Positions 58,023 to 64,000 of a stretch of 64,000 bases of DNA are shown in pieces; position 1 is the first letter of the stretch, and each line of letters opens with the position of its first letter. This stretch comes from a virus. Its lineage: Duplodnaviria > Caudoviricetes. Position numbers and translations under genes: made by a program. The notes beneath the pieces were generated by a model. The model was not told where the DNA came from. It searched no databases and saw only the letters and a program-made list of their open reading frames with translations. The DNA lies in IMG/VR virus record IMGVR_UViG_3300032138_000002, positions 32,001 through 96,000 of that record; one strand, 5' to 3'.

Positions 58023-59020
58023 CAGCAAACGTCTCCGGGATCTTCAGGATCAATGTCATAAATATCTTTAGGTGATGTATCCCCTGATAAATCCTGTTGT
58101 GTATCATCGCAAGCGATGATTTTGTCCGAGAGAGCATTTTGTTTTTTACTAAACTCATGTTTCTCGGGAAGTTGACACAAAATTGTATTAGGAACTTGTT
58201 CATCGGTCATAATATCAAAATAATATTCCACAGTGTCGGGATTGTCGGTATCTAATTCTCCAGAAAAATAGAGTTGTTTTAAAACCGTCTTACTGTTTTG
58301 AGTTTCTTCTACAAAAACTTCAATATCAAAATTTTCTGTCAAGAAATCTGTGTTCTTTTCTAAAATAGATAAAATGAGGCCGTCATCTTTAATTTGAATG
58401 GTGCCTCCGTCATCGAACTCCAAAGTCTCCTCAAGATCACCTAAAAGTGGATCCCAATCATCATCGTTAGGAAATGTCTGTTTGTTGGCGAGTGGGTTTT
58501 CAATGAGATTTCCCTGAGCATTATATTGTGTAACATAAGTTTCGAAAGCAATTGTAGAGTTAAGTTGTGGAATATTTAAATTTCTGCCGCCTGCACCGGT
58601 AATATAATTTTCAGAAGTATTCAATTCCCCGAACAAATATTGTACGTCCCACGCTGGTGCAAAGTTGCCTGATAATGCGCAGTTTCCTAGCGGCACCCCC
58701 AGAGCGTATTCCTTCTCACTTAAGTTTTGTGTCTTAATTTGCATATTCATACCGGCAGTATTATTAAAGTCGCTGTCGCGGAGGTTTTCCTCGATGCCTC
58801 TAAAAACATGTTGAGTATGTAATCGGGGAGTTTTAGTTTTAATTCGCGTCTCCGCCCCATTCTGGGATTCCGTAATCCCGCCGGCGTTCCCATCATATAA
58901 AATGTCATCATCAAAAAATGCATAATAAACCGGTTGCATTTTTCCTTGGGCCAACAGGCGCTTGCCAAATTGGGTAAGCTGAATATCGAGGACATCTTCT
59001 TGAGGGTTAAAAAATTTCAT
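58022..59020 (-). CDS. virion structural protein
   Basis: N-terminal LDIQLTQFGKRLLAQG...AFFDDDILY, similar to 50011..50988. Confidence 0.65.
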   Translation of the reverse strand: MKFFNPQEDVLDIQLTQFGKRLLAQGKMQPVYYAFFDDDILYDGNAGGITESQNGAETRIKTKTPRLHTQHVFRGIEENLRDSDFNNTAGMNMQIKTQNLSEKEYALGVPLGNCALSGNFAPAWDVQYLFGELNTSENYITGAGGRNLNIPQLNSTIAFETYVTQYNAQGNLIENPLANKQTFPNDDDWDPLLGDLEETLEFDDGGTIQIKDDGLILSILEKNTDFLTENFDIEVFVEETQNSKTVLKQLYFSGELDTDNPDTVEYYFDIMTDEQVPNTILCQLPEKHEFSKKQNALSDKIIACDDTQQDLSGDTSPKDIYDIDPEDPGDVC

Positions 59021-59033
59021 AGTCTTTCAATAA

Positions 59034-62000
59034 TTACTCGGAATTATCCTTTTTTGTGAACTCTATTTCGGTATCAACCTTGGCTAGTTCCACCAATGAG
59101 AAGAAGTCATAAGGCCAGTTATAACTGTAATTTGGAGTTTTCTTTTCTCCGCCAACTTCGAATTGGAAAGCAAAACGGTCATCGTCGGTAGAATCTGCTG
59201 TCGCTGCATAGTAGTTAGAAGCGGCTCGGCGTTTAACCTTAAATATCATCCACTGAGTTTCCGCGGGGGGCGCTTTGCCTCCGAAGAACTCATTAGAAGT
59301 CATCTCGTGGGATATCGAAACTGATTGTTTTTCTGCTGTCTTGGCGATTTTGGGCATTAGATTTTGCCAAATATCAGAGAGATCCTCACGGTCCAAATCA
59401 TGTGTAAATTCAAACATATACATTGCAAATGGGGAAATTTTAGTATCTGTCAAGAAATCTAAATGTGGGGGGATCACATATTTTTCCATCGTTTCGACCA
59501 TATGAACAATGGAATCGCCCGGGATACGATTAGTTGTTTCTAATCTTTCAATTTCCCGTTTATTAGCAATACCTCGAACATACTTGATTTGTGATTTCAA
59601 AAGAGGAAAGAATTTTCTTTTTCCTTTCTTTTGCACAAAAGGAATAGCAACAACACATTCTCCAATCTCTTTTTTGCTCGCGAGTTCCCCAACTCGTTTT
59701 TTTGTACCTTCAAATCCGCACACGTCTAGAAGAGACCCCGTATTTGTACTTTCTAGCGTGTTGACCTTATCCGGAAAACTTTCTTTAATGCCTAAGAAAA
59801 TGCCTGCGGATCCGCTTGGAACATAACCGTATTGTCCCCAAATAGTGGTGGCTTGGCTTCCTGACGAGTATGGAGTTTCTCCGGTTTCTGCTATATATTG
59901 TGATAGGTTATTGTTGGCCGATTGAGTGAAATTTAGAGTTGGGCATTCGAATTTTGGACTGATTGTCCACACATCGTATGAAGAATCCGACGCATCTTCG
60001 GCTGTGGATGCCACAAACTCATCGCCGGAGGTTTCGCCGGCCTCGTATGTAACTTTTTTGACACTCGTTTTGCCAAATAAATTTACTGAAGATGTCAACC
60101 TCATTTGTGACAGACCCGCGGTGTGGCCGTTGTCGGTAGCTCGTCGCAACCACTCCGTATCGTCATTAGCACTAGATGTAAATATAGTTTCTATTTTGCA
60201 CCCTGCTAATATCTCGTCTAAAGTAAAAAATTTAGTTTCATTTTCTAGGAGAGCCTCATGTTGGTGTGGGGTAAAGGCCACGCGTGCTACCGCAGAACCA
60301 TAAAAATAAGGGGGAGTAAAGGGGGCAAAAGCAGGGTCGGTGACATTTATAGATTCTGCATAATATCCTGGAGGTTTAAGTGGGTGAGACACTTCGCTGG
60401 AACTCACAAACTGGCATGGGGGGCCAAAAAATGTCCCACGATAGTTTCTGCTGCCCGTTACATAAGTGCGCATATCATCCGAACCAGTAGTTTCCAAAAC
60501 AACAATATCGGTTAGCCCCTCGCTCATTACAAAATCCGAACTCTTACGTAGCTCTACATCCATATAATAAGTGGATCCCGATTGCATACTTTTAAAAGTT
60601 CTTTCAGGTTTAGAGGTGAGGTTTACAAACCTTGAATTATTTAAGAAAAATTGTGGAATTTCGGCTAAAAAGTTATTCATCGCCAGGGGATAGTTAAGCT
60701 TATTTTCTCCGTTCCAGTCAAAAAAGGAGTTATCTGTGGTTGGCCCGTATAGCGATGCAGTGGGTCTGTGTGGATATTGCATGTATATCGCGCTGGAGCC
60801 ATCTGATGCCGAGGGTGGTAGATAACGACTTGGGTCTACCAAAGCTTCGAATGGAAGTCGATAATTGAATAAACCGCCCGCTCCAGACAAATATCCTAGT
60901 CCGGTGGAGGCGTTGGCGTCATCAACATTCGGGCCTAAAGTTCCAGAACCCAGTGATCCGGTTACGGTAGGCCAATCTACTGCAATACCACTCTTTATTG
61001 AGTTGTACAGGATGCCCGGAGCGAAAAATGGTTGCATTAAAGATATAAGACGTTCTGCGTCGTAAGATCCCGTTTTAGTCAATGATGATCCCGATATGTT
61101 CTCCCCAAACGACCGAGAGAGTTCACTGCCCAATTGTACGCTGCGGAGAACCGGATAAAAACCATTATAGGGCAATAATTTTTTAACCCCTTCGCACGTC
61201 AAAGTAATTTTATTAACTTTGTTATTTTCTTCTTTGAATTCTCCAAAATGTTTCATAAAGTCTGTATTACTATAAATTTGGAAAAAGTTTTCATTATAAC
61301 TAGATGTCGGAGTGTCTGCGCTGGCTGATACCGCGGTTCCGTTAAGCGTTAGAAATCGATTATTAAAAGAAAAACCATTATCAATATAGTGATCCATATG
61401 TTCTGATATGCGGAATTCTGGTACCACACTATAGTTTTTACCGAATGTCCGGATGTCCGATGCGTAGTCCTCATAGGTATCGTGCCATGGCGCATTGTCA
61501 GACATCACATCAGCATTCCAAAACCCGCCGCTGGGGATAGTGGAGGAAACACTAGGGTTGGTGATACCTTGTTTGAGAAAAAGCCCGGGGTATTTTATAG
61601 TGTTGAACGCTGGGTCACCACGGAGCGCGCCGGCGCTGGAAGAGTATAATATTGCCCAATTATTAAAGTAAATATACGATTGAGAGGCCGTCAGGGGACC
61701 TTGCCAGCCGCCGTCCGCATATTGCCCCGAAGCTCCATAAGTATAGGGAAAGCTACTTGTGGCTGTAGCTCTCAACCATTGTCGCCACATAGAGTTATAT
61801 AATTCACCATTTGGATATTGCCGTAAAATATACGGGAAACTACCGGTTCCGGTGAACCATTGGTTTGAATCCAAAGGCCATGCAGATAGGCCGAGCTTCC
61901 ACATAGCCATTCTGTCATTCTTGGGTACATCCCCCGAGAGAAAATAGTTAAGCGAGGCTGAACCCACATACTGAGACAGTGTGGTGCCCATAGAGTTTTT

Positions 62001-64000
62001 AGCCATATTATTATTACGTACACGATAGGAAGGCGCGTTTGGAAAGAGCGGTGCGAGAAGGGGGAGATCGGTGACCCCACGAGACCGCCAAAAAGTATTC
62101 TGCGTTCCCAGAGTTCTATTAAAAGCTGCCGAACCACTTTCCTCTACGAATTCTAGACGGCCTCGAACTTTGGCTAAGTATGTGTTTTCTTCACGAGGGT
62201 AAACTGTTTCTCTATAAGTAAAGCTATTAAGAGTAACGTCTGTATTGTTTGCCACGCGATCTACAATGACATCATGTACTTGTTCCTGATTAGTTGGAAC
62301 TCCTAAGCGTAAATCCATTTCCGCATTAGTCATGAAGTCCAAATTGTTGCCGTAAGTATCTCGCAACTCTACGATATTATTCATATTATCTTGAAGTTGG
62401 TGTGTCATTGGCTTAAACTTAGACGAAGCAGGAGGTACAGTGAACTTTTTGATGTCTCTAGCATACTTTAAAGTATTTTCTTTTAACTCTCCGGCATAAT
62501 AACTTCCCTGCGGCCGAGGGCCTGATGGGAGTGGGCGAGTAACAAGTATATCAATAGTGTTATTCTTTCTTTGCTCTCGGACAATTGGATTATCATGACC
62601 GCGAATCTGTTTCCACGTAGGCCACCCATAAGGACCTTGGCGATGGTGAATAAGACCGTTAAGGAGTTTGGATCCCGAAATAGCTGTATACGAAGGATTA
62701 GAAGAGAGGGAATAAAGAAGTCCGCCTCTATAATTAAAGTCCGTTGACGAAGCAATGTTTTGAGAGGGGTAACCCCTCGTATTTGTACTCGAAGTAATGG
62801 GCTCATAGATGTTGGAGTTAAGTCCTACGAAATCATTGGCTAAAAAGCCTGTTAAGCCGGAGTTAACATCTGGCCCATACACACGCCCGGGAGTAAAAAG
62901 GGCGCTTCCGAGAGAACTTGCGGTGAGGAATTTAATGGGACTAGACCATCCTGCAATTCCGGCTGCACCAGAAACCGTTCCGTCATAATATCGACTATTA
63001 GATGTGTACCCTACTAATGGGTGGGTACCTACGTTTGCCCCACTGATTGAAGAAGTGATCCAGGCATATTGTAATTCGCTTCGGGGGATGGACACATTCA
63101 TAAATAAATTATCATACACAGATGCCGTCACATAACGATTAGGATTAAATTCACTCAGCACATCCATGGCAGCGTTGCCAAATTTCATGATACGGTGTGT
63201 GTTACGGTTGACTTGCTGCCAAGAAGCTGTAGTATCGTAGTTGTCAGCTTGGATTGAGCCAAATTCGCTATCGATACCAAATTTGCCACAGTGTCGTGCT
63301 GTCAACACATTCAGGCCGTCATCGCGAGTATGAATTTCCGTATGAACATCGATGGCCATTTTATTATTGTCGTTGGCGCCGTCGGATCCAGAACTAGCAA
63401 TTACAGTCTGATTCTTATAAGGTAACGCATTATAAACTGAATATTCTTCGGACGGTGTGTTCATATACCCTCGCGAACTAATTTCAAAGCCGCCGGGTGA
63501 GGCACAGCGATTAACGATAATCGACTCTGTTTTAGGTCGCGAGGGTAATTCGAAGTTAAGGTTTCCTGTCAAGAACGCAACTTCCGGCGTTTGAGAGGCT
63601 AAGTCTTCGGAATTATGAACAAACCATCGGTTATTTGCCGTACGGCTATTGGAGGATACCACGTCGGTGTTGCGAGAGAAGTTTCCAATTACAGTGGTTT
63701 TTTGTTGGGCAGACCCCGTAGCTGTCTTAAGATTTTTAATAACAACCGGGCGTTTCGTGCCAAGATTAATATCAGATCTTGCAAGATCCAGATTAAGTGT
63801 TCCGGATTTTGTTTTACGGGGCTCATAAATACTGACATCTGCGCCAATGCCGCCGGCTAACGTTGCCGGGGAAGCGCCTGTGCCGCCGGCAACAAAAGTT
63901 CCGACAACATCTGTGAACGTAATATCATTTCCCGCGGCGCCCGGAGCGGTCGCGGTCACCTTGAATTTATTCGTAGTGCTGCCTGCTTCGGCAGTGATCC
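59034..64000 (-). CDS. very large S/G/T-rich virion protein, 5' end beyond the window
   Basis: Frame is open to the window edge (ITAEAGSTTNKFKVTATAPG...); more than 1650 aa. Confidence 0.75.
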   Translation of the reverse strand, partial: ITAEAGSTTNKFKVTATAPGAAGNDITFTDVVGTFVAGGTGASPATLAGGIGADVSIYEPRKTKSGTLNLDLARSDINLGTKRPVVIKNLKTATGSAQQKTTVIGNFSRNTDVVSSNSRTANNRWFVHNSEDLASQTPEVAFLTGNLNFELPSRPKTESIIVNRCASPGGFEISSRGYMNTPSEEYSVYNALPYKNQTVIASSGSDGANDNNKMAIDVHTEIHTRDDGLNVLTARHCGKFGIDSEFGSIQADNYDTTASWQQVNRNTHRIMKFGNAAMDVLSEFNPNRYVTASVYDNLFMNVSIPRSELQYAWITSSISGANVGTHPLVGYTSNSRYYDGTVSGAAGIAGWSSPIKFLTASSLGSALFTPGRVYGPDVNSGLTGFLANDFVGLNSNIYEPITSSTNTRGYPSQNIASSTDFNYRGGLLYSLSSNPSYTAISGSKLLNGLIHHRQGPYGWPTWKQIRGHDNPIVREQRKNNTIDILVTRPLPSGPRPQGSYYAGELKENTLKYARDIKKFTVPPASSKFKPMTHQLQDNMNNIVELRDTYGNNLDFMTNAEMDLRLGVPTNQEQVHDVIVDRVANNTDVTLNSFTYRETVYPREENTYLAKVRGRLEFVEESGSAAFNRTLGTQNTFWRSRGVTDLPLLAPLFPNAPSYRVRNNNMAKNSMGTTLSQYVGSASLNYFLSGDVPKNDRMAMWKLGLSAWPLDSNQWFTGTGSFPYILRQYPNGELYNSMWRQWLRATATSSFPYTYGASGQYADGGWQGPLTASQSYIYFNNWAILYSSSAGALRGDPAFNTIKYPGLFLKQGITNPSVSSTIPSGGFWNADVMSDNAPWHDTYEDYASDIRTFGKNYSVVPEFRISEHMDHYIDNGFSFNNRFLTLNGTAVSASADTPTSSYNENFFQIYSNTDFMKHFGEFKEENNKVNKITLTCEGVKKLLPYNGFYPVLRSVQLGSELSRSFGENISGSSLTKTGSYDAERLISLMQPFFAPGILYNSIKSGIAVDWPTVTGSLGSGTLGPNVDDANASTGLGYLSGAGGLFNYRLPFEALVDPSRYLPPSASDGSSAIYMQYPHRPTASLYGPTTDNSFFDWNGENKLNYPLAMNNFLAEIPQFFLNNSRFVNLTSKPERTFKSMQSGSTYYMDVELRKSSDFVMSEGLTDIVVLETTGSDDMRTYVTGSRNYRGTFFGPPCQFVSSSEVSHPLKPPGYYAESINVTDPAFAPFTPPYFYGSAVARVAFTPHQHEALLENETKFFTLDEILAGCKIETIFTSSANDDTEWLRRATDNGHTAGLSQMRLTSSVNLFGKTSVKKVTYEAGETSGDEFVASTAEDASDSSYDVWTISPKFECPTLNFTQSANNNLSQYIAETGETPYSSGSQATTIWGQYGYVPSGSAGIFLGIKESFPDKVNTLESTNTGSLLDVCGFEGTKKRVGELASKKEIGECVVAIPFVQKKGKRKFFPLLKSQIKYVRGIANKREIERLETTNRIPGDSIVHMVETMEKYVIPPHLDFLTDTKISPFAMYMFEFTHDLDREDLSDIWQNLMPKIAKTAEKQSVSISHEMTSNEFFGGKAPPAETQWMIFKVKRRAASNYYAATADSTDDDRFAFQFEVGGEKKTPNYSYNWPYDFFSLVELAKVDTEIEFTKKDNSE

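Noticed and set aside
1-64000. CRISPR array, tRNA, integrase, intron/intein, DGR or stop-codon recoding
   Set aside because: No spaced repeats, cloverleafs, RT or splicing motifs were seen by eye. TerL, RecA and primase are uninterrupted, and genes tile densely under the standard code using all three stops.

Overview
This window is a 64 kb slice of a large lytic T4-superfamily-like myovirus genome, with essentially every gene on the minus strand. In transcription order (right to left) it contains: large S/G/T-rich baseplate and tail proteins; RuvC, primase and a fused Mre11-Rad50 (gp47-gp46); a putative lysis cassette; two tail fibres with S74 chaperones; terminase, portal, prohead protease, ribosomal protein bS21, scaffold and major capsid; neck, sheath, tube, tail chaperone, tape measure and baseplate; then a replication/recombination block (minimal PolA, MazG-like NTPase, tubulin/FtsZ-like protein, gp32-like SSB, RecA/UvsX, HNH, fatty-acid hydroxylase, 5'-3' exonuclease) and a restriction-modification-like pair at the left edge. 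The strongest signals beyond annotation are: (1) a [ST]-[GAS]-[ST] tripeptide enriched only in outward-facing virion proteins, a candidate sequon for a virion modification system; (2) a late-promoter motif CTATTTA, reversed relative to T4's TATAAATA; (3) a shared N-terminal 'LKxIIxEE' helix on small proteins, a candidate capsid-targeting signal; (4) a probable +1/-2 frameshift in the tail chaperone; (5) several structured RNAs, including a possible pseudoknot switch before recA and a candidate late sRNA. All calls come from reading motifs by eye; no database search was run.
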